A stretch of DNA of 64,000 bases from Adineta vaga (lineage: Eukaryota > Animalia > Rotifera): contig CP075495.1 of NCBI GenBank assembly GCA_021613535.1, forward strand, positions 5,704,001 to 5,768,000. Reading direction: 5' to 3'. The first letter of the stretch is position 1; every line of letters starts with the position of its first letter. The notes beneath the pieces are model-generated. The model had not been told where the DNA came from. It did not search any database and was given only the letters and a program-made list of their open reading frames with translations. Shown here piece after piece: positions 27,198-40,382 of this stretch. The translations under genes were made by a program, and so were the position numbers.

Positions 27198-27866
27198 ATG
27201 AAAACAATTCTAATCATTTGCATGACTTTTTTCGCTCTTGTATGTGCATCATCACCAAGCACAACGATAAAACCTCCATCAATTATCGATTCTTTATCTC
27301 ATTTATTATATATTCATTTAAATCCAACATTTCAAAATACACTTCAAGAATTAATTCAACTTTTTTTCGAATTCGGTGATAGACTTTTTCGAACAATTGA
27401 ATATCGATCAACTCGTTCAAATCCTGTTGCACCAGCACCATGGGTTTCACAATTATTTGGAGAAGTCAATGGTATAGCAACACAATGGAATAATCATGTC
27501 ACACAATTCTTTACGAATATTCCAACTATTTTTGAAAAGAATAGTCGAAGTTTATTTAATTTTTCAAGTATTAAACAAGCATTATACGATGCTGTTGCCA
27601 TTGTATTACATGAATTAAAACAATTATTTGTTAATAATGTCAATGGAGTAATGATTTCAATTATTAATAAATATGATCTTCAGCATATGATGGGTCGTAA
27701 ACGTGAAGAAATGAATTTCGATATTCTTTTCAATGTATTTCAACAACAAGTATCAGGCGTTTTTGAGAAAATGAAAGAACAATTAGACCAAAATATCGAT
27801 AATGCAATTAATTTTTTTGTTACGTATTGGAATGGTCTAAAAGATCTCATTATTGCTAAACAATAG
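27198..27866 (+). CDS. Intronless secreted protein (222 aa) built from amphipathic helices separated by basic motifs
   Basis: Clean ORF with signal peptide MKTILIICMTFFALVCA; no Cys after the signal; RSTR, KNSR and GRKR motifs. Confidence 0.8.
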   Translation: MKTILIICMTFFALVCASSPSTTIKPPSIIDSLSHLLYIHLNPTFQNTLQELIQLFFEFGDRLFRTIEYRSTRSNPVAPAPWVSQLFGEVNGIATQWNNHVTQFFTNIPTIFEKNSRSLFNFSSIKQALYDAVAIVLHELKQLFVNNVNGVMISIINKYDLQHMMGRKREEMNFDILFNVFQQQVSGVFEKMKEQLDQNIDNAINFFVTYWNGLKDLIIAKQ

Positions 27867-30183
27867 AAAGAATGATGATTTTCTTGTTCTTTCTACTCGA
27901 TATAAATTAATCATTCAATTTTTTGTCTATCTATTATTTCCTAACTTGGATATATAAAGTGTTTCGTACGTACTACTTATGTCCATCTCGTAGCTTTTTT
28001 CTTTTCTTTCATTCTCATTCGCCCATATAATAATCTATGCGAATTCTTTCTGAATCTACCGAAAAAACAATGAACTGAAATCTTGAGTCTTTTAGAAAAT
28101 AGTATTATTTTCTTGTAAATATATCTAGACTAATAGAAAAATAAGTAGATACAAAGCTGTTATTCATCTATGATCAAGTGTCTGTAGCGAATAGAAATCT
28201 TTATGTAGTTTAGACCCAAATACTCAGTGTTGTCTTAAAATTTGAAATTCAGAAAGAATTAGAAAAGACCGTAGAGTTATTTGATGGCTTCGAATCAAAA
28301 CATTCAGCACATGATTTAATATCGAAGAAAGGGAATGGTCGAAAATCATCAATTTTTCCACACGCTGAAAATAGTATAAAATGAAAGTGCTCGATGAGTA
28401 CATCACTAATTCCACATTCATTTCTCCAGGTCTTATCTCTTATTTTTAGCTGTTTTCCCGTGTTCGGTGTGCCATTTTCACCCAGATTCAAGATAATAAC
28501 CATTAAAAATGCCATATGAAACAAAATCTCTATTAATTTCATCTATATATAGGAATATCTTGAACAAGTTGAAATATCAACAAATCAAAATACAATTGCT
28601 TGTATAAAATTCTATAATAAACAAATTATTAAAAAAAAATTGCATATTTGTTAATTATAATGAATGGTGTTTGCATCGAAATCACAAAATGTTTCAAATT
28701 GACAATCAATCAAAACAAACAATAAATTACCACGATAATTCTATTCTTTTTTCCCCTGTGATTTAACAAAGAAAATACATCGTTTAAAAGAGTATTTCAT
28801 CGAGGTTCATACAACAGACTGTTGTGTGCATTATTTGAAAATATAATCAGAAAACATAGGAATTCAACTTTCATTTCACTCAAAACTGAAATATGAAAGA
28901 GATCATTACACGCAAAACTTCTTTCGTAGTTGCAACATTACAATTATAGATACGAAGATTTGTACTTATCTGAATCAAAAGCACCACGATTCTCATATCA
29001 GTTAAATATGTATTCAGGCATAAGCCGTTGTAAGGAAAAAATTCGAAAGTTTGAGCTAAAAGAATAAGATCTGCTGCTGGAAAACATGAAATGGTTAATT
29101 AATATTGAATAGAGAGAACAATGAATCATCATTTTGTTTTTCATTGTTAATTAATGATGGACTCGATTTTATAAATAACCATAAATAAATAGTCGAGGGT
29201 TTGGATTTTAATTATTTCTCCTAATACTTTAAGCTAAATAATGCATAATGTTCTGTTGCGTTCTAATTCTTTATTCGGATGCAAATATTCTCGTGGATTA
29301 TCTCACATACAACGATAAAAGAATTTCTTTAGCTCGACAAGGTCTTCAGCAAAAATAAGCATTCATTACAAATTTTCGAATTAACTTCAAATAAATTGAT
29401 ATGATCCCTTGATTCATTGGCAAAAAAACACCATATTCAGTAACAAATCATTTGCCTAAACAAACTAGTAGGGTTGACATATATACATTTAGCGAAATCG
29501 AATGGAAACCTTTTAAAGACTCGATCAAAGAAAATTCATTTCATTGTTACATTATATGCCATTCTGTTTATCTTTGATCGAAACTATTCTTTTTCATCAA
29601 AAAAAACAATGTTTATGTTAACCAGATGTATTTTATTTACTTTTCGAGTTGTTTTTCTTTGAATACTTGAAATTTTTCAAAAATAGGCATCTTGTTTCTA
29701 AGATAAGTATGTAAAGAAAAGCAAAACAATGTTCGATTGAAAACAAAACAAAAAGAAAAGTTCAAAGTACTGAAATAATCAATAGATCTTTATTCTATTT
29801 TACTATATCAAATCTTTCAATAAAAATAGATTTTCTTTTATATACCTTCATCTTTTTATCATCAAAATGATACTAATATTTTATGTCTTAATATTGATAA
29901 CAATTACTCTGGATCTAAACATGCGAATAAATCAACAAACAATATTAAACACGCCATATTCAAACTCGTATAAATTGACGTCACTACCAAGTGACGTATG
30001 AAAGAATAGTAATTATAGAATAAGATGCGCATATGAAGTCTTATTTAGCATTATAAATATAAATTGCATCATTAATGATATATATATATAGTTATAAGAT
30101 GAAGTTTATATTTGATTTTTGTTTTGAAGAACAAAACCGAGCAATATTGTGCAAACGAATTGTTTATTATTCACAAGATAAAT

Positions 30184-31265
30184 CTAACGTTTATTTAAAC
30201 GTTTATCTAATTCTTTAGAACGTTGACGATCGATGTGTTCCATTTCACGTATTTTCTAAAGAAAGAAAGAAAGAAAGAAAAGTTAAATAATAACAATTTT
30301 TTTTTGTTTCATTTAAATTCATCATACATCAGCAATTTCATTTGAAATCACTTCTCGATATTCTTTTCGTTTACCAAGTACCGTCATGTGTTCAAGAAAT
30401 TCTTTTCTCTCTTCAACTTCAAGTACCACTAGAAGATTTTAATCAATTTATACAATGGAAAGAAATCTTCTTCAAACTTTTTCTTTTTATATTTACATAC
30501 GTTCCTCAAATCGATCAATTTGACGAGGTGGTGGTGGTGGTGGTGATGATAAACAATCATTTGGTTTACGGGGCATCTTCGATGGATCAGTACCATATGC
30601 CATTATATTTGCGAGACGATCTTTTTCATGATCAGTACGAATTTCTAAAAGAATAAGATGATAGATGAAACAAATTAATAGAATACAGAAATTACTCATA
30701 GGCCTTGGTTGATAATCAGGTTGAGTATATGCATCTGAATTAACAATATCGTTATATGTACGTAATCCTGATGGATGTGATGTACTAAATGGAAACAATT
30801 TTTGTAATTAGAGAAATGATTTATTATTACTTTGATGGACGAATTGGTTTTACTCGTCTTTTCAATGGTACTATCGATTGAGTAGACACTAATTCAGGAT
30901 TTGAAGACATTGTTGCACCACCTAAGAACTCTTAATTAGTTACATAGAAAAAATTTTCTTTTTTCAATTTAAATCGATATAGAAATAAATGAGAATCGTC
31001 TCTTCTATGAAATTCTTAGAATTCTTTTCTTAGATTCTTTATCATTGATGTCTCTATTGAATAACTTTCTTACGTAGCATGCCATTTGTAAGCTGAGAAA
31101 ATTGAAAACTATTGATTCGTGCTTCGTCAGTAGATGCTATAAAAATCAAAACCGTCATTATTCATCACTGGTTCATATATAACATCTTTTACTTTCAATG
31201 TCTTCGTCATTATTATTCTATTATTATGACCTACGATCATTCCATAGACCATCGTCATTAAACAT
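30184..31265 (-). CDS. UPF0193 protein EVG1 (C22orf23-like), multi-exon
   Basis: Spliced GLRTYNDIVNSDAYTQPDYQPRP...EKDRLANIMAYG...[51 protein letters not shown] fits EVG1; start codon tentative. Confidence 0.8.
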
Positions 31266-31366
31266 GATTGATGTAATTTCTCCGATTGAATTCAAAGGAA
31301 AAAAAACAGTTTTAATATGACTATCAGCTGTATTATATAAATAAAAATGTATTGCAAGTGTATATT

Positions 31367-31379
31367 GTTACTAAGCAAC
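31367..31379. promoter_or_regulatory. RFX X-box
   Basis: GTTACTAAGCAAC, a near-palindromic RFX-type site ~100 nt upstream of the EVG1 start. Confidence 0.65.
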
Positions 31380-32804
31380 AACCTTCATTGTGACCTTTAA
31401 AATGTTGTTTATTTCTGTTATCGAAAGAATCAATTTTTCCATCCTACATTTATCAAATATCGTATTATGTAGACATACATAGAGACGTGATTTTTTTTTC
31501 TTCGCTCATGTCATTTTCTTTTCTCTGTCGATTTATTTGCTTGCTTCGTCCGTCGGTTATAACTCTATATCACAAACCATCGAACACACACGCATCAAGT
31601 TGATTAGAGAGAAGAACATTCTGGACAGAAAAAAAGAGGAAGAAAGAAGAAAAGAGAGAAACAGAGAAAAAGAGAGGGAGAGAGAAATAGAGAAACTCAT
31701 TATACGATGCATACGTGTCCCGTGCGAACGAGCGCGCGAACGAACGAGCAATATCCTTTTTCATTTGAACTCTTCTCTATCCGTCGATGTGTCCGTTCAC
31801 TACATATCGAGAAAGAAAGAAAGAGAGAGAGAGAAGGTCAACGACATACGCATATGCATACACAACACATCGAACACGAACTACGAGATAAGAAACAGGT
31901 CGTATAACTGAATTTCTATGAAATAAGAACCTCAAAACCATTCTTCTAGTTTTAAATGTCGATACTTTTCTTTTCTGTAAAAAAACCCTTTTTGTATTTG
32001 TGTTTTTCTTCTTCTATTCTTCTATTATTTATCAGACAGTATGACACATTATGAAACATCGGACACGGTTTTTTCTTCTTTAAATTACTGATGTAACATG
32101 TAGCTTTGTAAGTAAACCGACGACATTTCATTCATTAGATTTTTCTTTCTATCTATCATATAGAAAAAGAGAATATAGAAATAGACAGCTGTGCAAAAAA
32201 AAAAGAAAAGCTCGACAAGTTTTTGATAATCATCATCGTCAGTCATCAGCAACGTCATCATCAAGTAGCAAGAAAAATATGAATCGAAGAGAAAGGGTAG
32301 AAAAAAATGTCTTATAGGGCTTTTCATCGTTCTCTTTTTTTCGCCTCCGCACAAGCGATTTTTTTTCTCATATGCGCGTACACCAAGTCTATTTTTGACG
32401 TTAATGCGAGCGACAGTCAGCCTCGATCATCATCGTATGAGTGGGCTTGCTTCTTTTTTTCTTCCTTTTTTCTTCAACCAATCACAAATAAGGTATAAGG
32501 GCGCGGTGTATAGTGCCTTTCTATTTGTCTGTCGTCACTTTTTTATGTCTATGTATGTGAGCCCTCCAACCCTTCGTTTTTTCTTTCTTTACAAAACAAC
32601 ATAAATACTGCTTATCATTGTCTTACCTTTTGTCAGTATTTATACAAATGTATATAATCTCAACTGTAGAAATATAGAAATATAGATAGATAGATATATA
32701 TATATTCTACATGAAATGAAAAATTTTCATATTTATTCTTGTAGATTAGCTCTTTTATTTCTGATTTTTGTCGTTTCCATCGACATTTTATTGCACATAT
32801 CATC

Positions 32805-33395
32805 ATGCCAAATATGAATATGAACAACCGAAAATCGCCTGTTAAACAACAGCGTATTAAACATTCACATTCAATTCCTGTTGCCAATTCAAATAATGGT
32901 CGTATGAGATCTACTAGTAGTATGGCATCTTCTTATCCGAGAATGTACAATAATAATAATAATAATAATCATTATCATAATTATCATTATTATTCCAATA
33001 CCACTTCTCCAACCGCTATGTCAGCTAGTTCATTACCCGCTGTACCCTTATTTTATTCAAATACATATGCTGATCCACCGGAATGTTCATCATTACCAAA
33101 ACCACCTGATTCATGGTATTTACCATCATCTAATGTTGATAATTTACCGGTTGAAATTGAAGATAAACCAGTAGAAGAAGAAGTAGAAATAAAAGAAAAA
33201 GTCATCGAAAAAGAAATCACTACGCCCATTAAATCTAAATCTGTTCTTACTTCAAATCAACAAACGAAACAAAATGTTCCACGTACATGTTATTATAACA
33301 ATAATAATCAAGGTTTCTATAGTCCATATTATTCCTCTCGAACAACATCAGCATATCAAAAGTTTCCGACACAATATATTTCTGTTAAAGCGTAG
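32805..33395 (+). CDS. Proline-rich nuclear receptor coactivator (PNRC)-like protein
   Basis: FYSNTYADPPECSSLPKPPDSW resembles the PNRC motif (YAGxKFSxPPSPSxLPKPPxHW); C-terminal ISVKA resembles PNRC LKVQA; single coding exon. Confidence 0.7.
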   Translation: MPNMNMNNRKSPVKQQRIKHSHSIPVANSNNGRMRSTSSMASSYPRMYNNNNNNNHYHNYHYYSNTTSPTAMSASSLPAVPLFYSNTYADPPECSSLPKPPDSWYLPSSNVDNLPVEIEDKPVEEEVEIKEKVIEKEITTPIKSKSVLTSNQQTKQNVPRTCYYNNNNQGFYSPYYSSRTTSAYQKFPTQYISVKA

Positions 33396-35450
33396 ATCTT
33401 CGAGGGCAAGTGTTATCTTTTGTTCTTTTTTTCCTTCTTCTAAAATTTATCTTTTTTGTTCTTTCTTGAGAATGACTTTCTTCTTCTCAAAACATATCTT
33501 TCTTTTTCTAATTTGTTTTGCCTCCCTCGTCGAAAGGTTCGATTTCTCTTCTGTTTTTTGTACAGTAATGCTTTGTCTCTCACGCAATCTCTTTCTATGT
33601 AAATGATGTATTTATGTGTTTGAGCATAGCAAAGCAGTATTTTGTACATACGGCTGAGCCTCTCTGTGTCTCTGTCGACGACGAGGACGGTGATCCTACT
33701 GTTTGTGTGTTTTCTTTTCTACTCATTAATCCCCCATTTTTCCTATTCATTTCAAAGACAAAGATATTGCAATAGTTTTTTTTTCTCTCTTCTTCTTCTT
33801 CTCTATCTTTTTTTGTGTTTCATGTCTATGTGTATCTCTATGTATGTTAGTGCGTATGTGAGCCGTCCACAATCACCATCATTATCAGTCGGAGGACAAC
33901 AACAAGAGTCACTTCTAGTCTTTTTTTTTCTTCTCTCAATGTTCGTTTGATGTTTGTTTGTTTTTCTCTTTCAATTTTGATTCGATGCATTGTAAGCACG
34001 ATTAGAATTAGTTCTTGTTTTGTTGTTTCTACCGAGTTCGCCTGATCGACTGATAACAGTGAAAAATTCTGTTTGACACTAATTTATTAATGATATAGAA
34101 AAGTTGCCTTTGTGTTTCTTTTGAAAAAAACCTTTTTGTTTTCTTTTTTCTCACTCGACTGTGATGTGTATGTATATTTGAACGAAATAATGAAAATACA
34201 ATCTGAGAGCGAGAGAAAAGAAGAAAAAAAAAGTATTCGAAAGAACTTTTGTTTTCTTTTCTGTTTTTCGTTTTTCTTTTCGATCTTGCGATTCACGGTG
34301 TATGTATGTGTGTGCGTGTGCCATTGTATGTCTGTCTTCCTTGAATATGTTTTTCTTCTTTCTTCTCTGGTTTATTAAAAGTGCAGTCTTTCCTATGTTG
34401 TTGATTTTGACTTTCGCGATACTTTGTGACTCAAGTCAGATCGTACATCAAGTCAGCGCTTCTACAACATTGTGGCAAAGTCTATTATCAATTTGTTGTT
34501 TTTTTTCTTTCTTGTTGTTTTTCTATGTTTGTGTTTGTCCATTTGTTCCAACTAAAGTGCATGTCCTGTTCACAAAAAAACACACGTCTTTTGATTTTTT
34601 TTCTTGGGTCATGGGAATACTTGGAGATACTTATCAATCATATGATAAGACATAAATAGAGAACAGAATAATGTCATTCGAAAGATGTGCTTGAGATATA
34701 ACGAACAAAAGGTTTTTGGTAGATATGTAAATTTTTGTTCTTCTGAATACCTGGATACCGTTTATTTAATATAGAATAACAAGATGAAAGTACATTCTAG
34801 ATGATTCTAGAAAGCATTTGACATTGACAAGCGAAATTACACTATGAATTATTCGAATATTAGATAGATATGAATGTCGAAGAACTATAATTATCTTTTC
34901 TCTATGTCATGAAATTACATTCTTTGTTTATCAAAAGTCTGTTCTAATTAATATTTCTTTTTTGCTTTTTAAATTCTCTTTAGCTATAACGGAAATCTTG
35001 CCTGACAAGATTAATAAAGTGATGTACCTTAGATATAGTTAAAACAAAATTAATATTCTTATTTACTGTTAAATAGAAAGTAAATATTAGTTCTTATGAC
35101 TCGAAGCAAGTTATTTCTACGCATTCATCATCATTCATGTTATATTTAATAAAATCACATGACACGTAATTTATTTTCCATAACATTCGATTTTTCTCTT
35201 ACGTAGAATGAAATAACATTTTTTTTTGTTTCGTAATTTTTATTTAAATGATGATTGAAAATGAACAAGAAAAAATGCAAATTGAAAAGGATGTCAAATA
35301 ATTAGAAAAAAAATGAATACACTACAAATTTTTATAGGTAAATATCATTTCGAATAAAAATATGAGATTATATAAAATGAATAGTAAAAGAAGATCTACA
35401 TGATACAAACAATCGAAGGAAATGAAAGACATTGATAAAAACAAATTTTC

Positions 35451-38400
35451 TTATAATTTTTCGTAAAGACTTAGAAGATTTTTTGTAGCAAGAGCAATAT
35501 CATAGCAATCATCAATAAGAAAATGAACTGGTAATATTAAATTGGTTTCTTTCAATGTTGCATGATATAATAATTGTTCGGTACTTGTATGTAACATATT
35601 CAAATTTGCTTGAATGTCTTCATTACAGATCATCTAATAATGAAAACAAGAAACCAATATTTACAACTAACTAACTATCATCCTTCAAATTAGTATTCAA
35701 GCATTGGTTTTTTCTTAGTTAACTACATTTGTTTTTGTACATACTTATCTCATGTACGGAATACTAAGATACAGTTCATATGATTCGTAAATAAATCATG
35801 ATAAATACATACTCGATTAGAGAGTTGAATCATATCTCGAACTGAATGATGAATTCGTTCAGCATAATCGACATATCTAGAAAAATATGGATATTTTATC
35901 GAAATTTATTATCTATATTGAAATTATACCGATGAGTTTGATTTCGTTTGATTAATGTAAAAAATTCCGTGACATGATAGGTAATATTTTGTGTACGTTC
36001 GATCACATCATCATGCCATGGTACATGATTATACGAACCTATTCGATCATGTGTATGAAAATATTCTAATTTGTCAGTTATTAAACACAATATATTACCT
36101 TTACGAACAAGTATTGGTGATGCTATAAGTTTTTTTCGTCCTTCAGAGCAGGAACGAGATCGATAAATACTGATTGGAACATCTCGTTTACATGGTCGAC
36201 ATATTGGATTTGTTGCTGATTTTGTTATTGATGGTTCTTTTTTTCGACTAAGAAAATCTGTATATTGATACGAACGAGAATTATCCGATGAATATTCGTC
36301 GATTTGAGGAAATCGATGTACAGCACGACTTGTTCTAAAACGAATCGTTACTTTAGATAGAAATACACATCATCTGTGTGATCAATTACCGTTTATCGCT
36401 ACAGAATATTGTCGATTGTGCTAAGTTTGACAACGGACTAGATTGAATAAACTGAATAGAAAATAAATATTTCTATGAATTACTAACTTATCTGGATCGT
36501 CCAGTAATGTTGTATTGTCATAATCACTTTCAATAAATGGACTTGATTTACGACTAATATTATCGAAAACTAATTGAGATGTCTAAAGAAGAGAGAAATC
36601 AATGACGATCGTATTCAGATAATCATACTACATAGTTCAAAGTAAACGACGGAGATCTATTTTAGTTCATTACATACAATTTATAGTCTATTTCATTAGT
36701 ATTTTGTTAGTATTACTACTCAACATCTAATTTTTTACATAATATAGAATCATTAAATGTGTCTAAATAGGCGATTACTAAACGTTTTTTAATGAAAAAT
36801 GATTCTCCTAGTTCACTTGTATACTATACAAACTAAAAGAGATTCTTTTGATATGTTGAATGAATTGAAATTTCTCGAAAAATATTACTCGAAGAATAAT
36901 CTTGTTTGTTTCTTCATTCATCAACGGAATAGATATTGTATCTGGAACTTGTTGATCAAGTTTATTTAGAAGATTTTCATCAAGTAATCGTTGAATCTAT
37001 GGAAATATAGATTTAAAAAAAAATAAAGATTAAAGAATTTGTTTATTTTTACCATTTGATGTAATACGGATAATTCATTTTTTAGATCAAGATGAGCAGA
37101 TGCTAAATATTTCACTTGTACTTCAGTATTAGTAATACGTGTTTTCAAATGATTTTGAGTAATTTCGTGATTAGAATCATCCAATCCATTTGTATTCTAA
37201 AGAAATTTTCGATAAATTATTCTTTTAAGTTCAGTTATTTTCATCATTACATACAGATGGTGATGGAAGTGAACTATTGTCTGATGAATCTTTATTGGAC
37301 TAAAAAATTCAAAGAGAGAAAGTTAAATTTGAGTGTCGTAAATCGAATAATTTCAAACCTTTTTTAATCTTTTATTATGTTTGGTTCGTTTTTGTTGTTC
37401 TAAAATACTATGATCTTCATCAGATGCAACTTTATCGTAATAAGGTTCATCATCCGATTCAACTAATGCTACTGTTAATTCACCGTTTGGTCGCGATGAT
37501 GCTTGACCTATTCAATCAAGGCAAAAAAGAAACAAACGAAAATAAAATAAAATAAAATAGTCAATATATCTTTCGAATACTTTTTACAGATGATGTTCGT
37601 TGAAGGAAATGAATATATCGTCGACGAAATTCATTTAATATATCATAAATGAATACTTGGAATTCCTTCAATCCATATCGAGCTAATTTTTGTCGTCCCT
37701 ATCAATTTACCATCGTATATATTGAGATTTTTTTCTTCATTATTCACATACCTGATTTCTTGTTGCTGAAAATGATGAATTAACCGGTAGAAATGGTACA
37801 ACATGCAAAGGAATTAACGCTTTATTTGCTTGTGTATACCATACTGTAAAAAGGAATTATATGTATTCCAAAGCAAATTTCTGTTAGTATTTACTTGTTT
37901 TCAATTCACGTCGATCAACTTCATCAAATATATCCATGGCTAAATCTTCAAAGAGTACATCGGGTAACTGGAAGATCGAAAATAAGAAAAAAAAAGCACA
38001 TTACAATTGAAATATTTCACATACTTGTTGAAGTTTTTGACGAGCTATCGATGTTTGATGAGATCTAGTTGCACTATTATAACATGTAGAAACAGAAGAA
38101 AAATTTGATTTGATTATTTTCTTAGAATCTTATTCTATTTACAGCTGATCAAAATTGGATAAGAGAATATGTTGATCAGTTTTATGATCTGGTTGTCTAC
38201 CGCCAATAAAACATATCAAACGATCTGTTAATTCATACTGTAATTCAATCAATCGATCTGCTAAATCACAATAACCATTGACTCTTAAAAACAACATTGA
38301 ATACTAGATTTCAAATAATAATTGGTACTATTTACCTAGCATGTTCTTCTGGTGGTACACCTGATGCATCGACTGTAGCAGGATCACCACCATAAATACA

Positions 38401-39751
38401 GAGTAACTAAACAGTTCTCTTCCAATAAAGAAACATATATATATATTGGAAAAATAGTTTTACTTCGATTTGATTTTGTTGACCACGACTAGCAGCAACA
38501 TGCATAGATGATGTACCCGTTTCCTAAAGAATGATTTTAAATGAATGTTATCGTGGTTTTTTTTCAAGAACAAACTGGATTTCGAAAATTGGGATCAGCT
38601 CCTTGAGATAGAAATCTGAGACATGTTAGAATATTATCTGTTCGAACAATCGAATGTAGTTGCTACGGAAAAAAAAAGATCCAAAATTGAAAATAGAAAA
38701 GTCTCTGTTTTCATACTAAATTTAAATCTTCTAATGTTCCAGTGGTTTCATCTTTAGATCGATTAATATAAGCCATTTGTTGATATTTCGTTCGAATAAA
38801 ATCAACTTTAATTCTATTCATATTGAAAAGGTAATTTTCAGAATGAATAATTATTATGATTTCTTACGGGAATACATCGTTTGATGTTGGTTTTTTCTTT
38901 GGCAATCTATTTTGTGGATCACGGAGACTATATTCCCAAATTAGATTAGCACCATGTAAACTTAATTCTTTAATTAACTGAAGAAAACAAAACAAAACAA
39001 AACGTATGTTTTCATTTAGGGTTAAACAATTGTGGATTCTGTACATTCAATTGTGTCGGTGGCCAATAGCTTTTTTCAAGAGATTTTATTTGAGATATAT
39101 GTCGACCAAGACTTAAATGTACACTACAACATTCATTACAGAGTAGAACACCATGATTGATCGAACACCATTGAGGACCTGATAAGAAACGAAAAGAAAT
39201 CAAGCGTAACTTTGATCAAGATTTTCTTTCAGATTTGTATCTGATAGAAAATCCATTTGTTAAAGGTTATGAAATAAATCTCTAATCGATCAAGTCATGT
39301 AATCAAAGATCATTGTTAAGACATTTCAATTATAGATCTGTCATTAGCTCAAGAAATGAGTGTTTATACAAATAACATTAAACGAGCACAACTTAGTGTT
39401 TTATCTGCTTATTGTATTTCAACAACATATCTATTCTTCAATCAATTCATAACTATACGATTCATTATTCTTGCACACATGGTTAACATCCTATTTCTGA
39501 TGACTTGTCAAGGACACTCAATCGTGTTCTTTGGTCATTAATACATTGCATTCTCATATTTAACGTAATATGTCAATATGATATTTATCATTCTCTATAA
39601 GAGCAATCAATGACCATTTCGAACACACACAACAAAAGTTCATTCGTTAACACATCAAACTTGCAAAGCAAAAAACACATTCCTGATATCTCTTACCAGT
39701 TTGTCCACAATCATGACATTCTCTGCCTGTTGTATCCAAAGCTTTAGGCAT
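35451..39751 (-). CDS. GIT: GIT-family ArfGAP scaffold (ArfGAP zinc finger, ankyrin repeats, Spa2-homology repeats, coiled coil, paxillin-binding C-terminus)
   Basis: MPKALDTTGRECHDCGQTGPQWCSINHGVLLCNECCSVHLSLGRHISQ; FEDLAMDIFDEVDRRE; RNQGRQKLAR; EPYYDKVASDED; SDYDN; CYDIALATKNLL. Confidence 0.93.
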
Positions 39752-40079
39752 AATCTTATTAACGATTCATCTAATATGAAAGAAAGAGAAACGAAGAAGA
39801 AAACGAATAATTTCAAACATAATGAAATGTACACATATAATTTTTACTTTTTTTTTCTGTCAGTCTGTCTCTCTCTCACTCTTTATTATTTCTTAATGAA
39901 TATATCATCTCAATCATAAGTAAGCAATAGAATTTGTCCTGTTTGGTCTGTATTTCTTATTTCCATGAAGAGAAGAACAGAAAGGAGGAGAAGAAAAAAC
40001 AGAAGAAAGGATAAAATAATACACAAAGAGAGGAAAAAAAAAGAAAAATCACTTTGCTTGTTTTTTATATCTATCACCT

Positions 40080-40104
40080 CTTTTGCTTAATCATTAAGCA
40101 AAAG
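40080..40104. repeat. Perfect 12-bp inverted repeat with 1-nt spacer
   Basis: CTTTTGCTTAAT-C-ATTAAGCAAAAG read directly. Confidence 0.85.
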
Positions 40105-40382
40105 CAAATATGCACACAAACACTCACACATTTTGTTTTATCAACAAGAAGAAGAAGAAAGAGCAACATCCGTCATAACATACAAATCTAAGATATTTTA
40201 TGAAAGAATCTAAACTGAAGTGATATTGCAAATGAATGTCAAGTTCCAGCGTACGATTGAATAGAAACCATAACAATGCAGTTGGAGAAAATATGAGAAT
40301 ATGTACAAATAGATAACAAAAGCGTAATACTAAAAAAAAGAATAACCGATATTGTTAACGAGTGATGAAATAACGTGATGAA

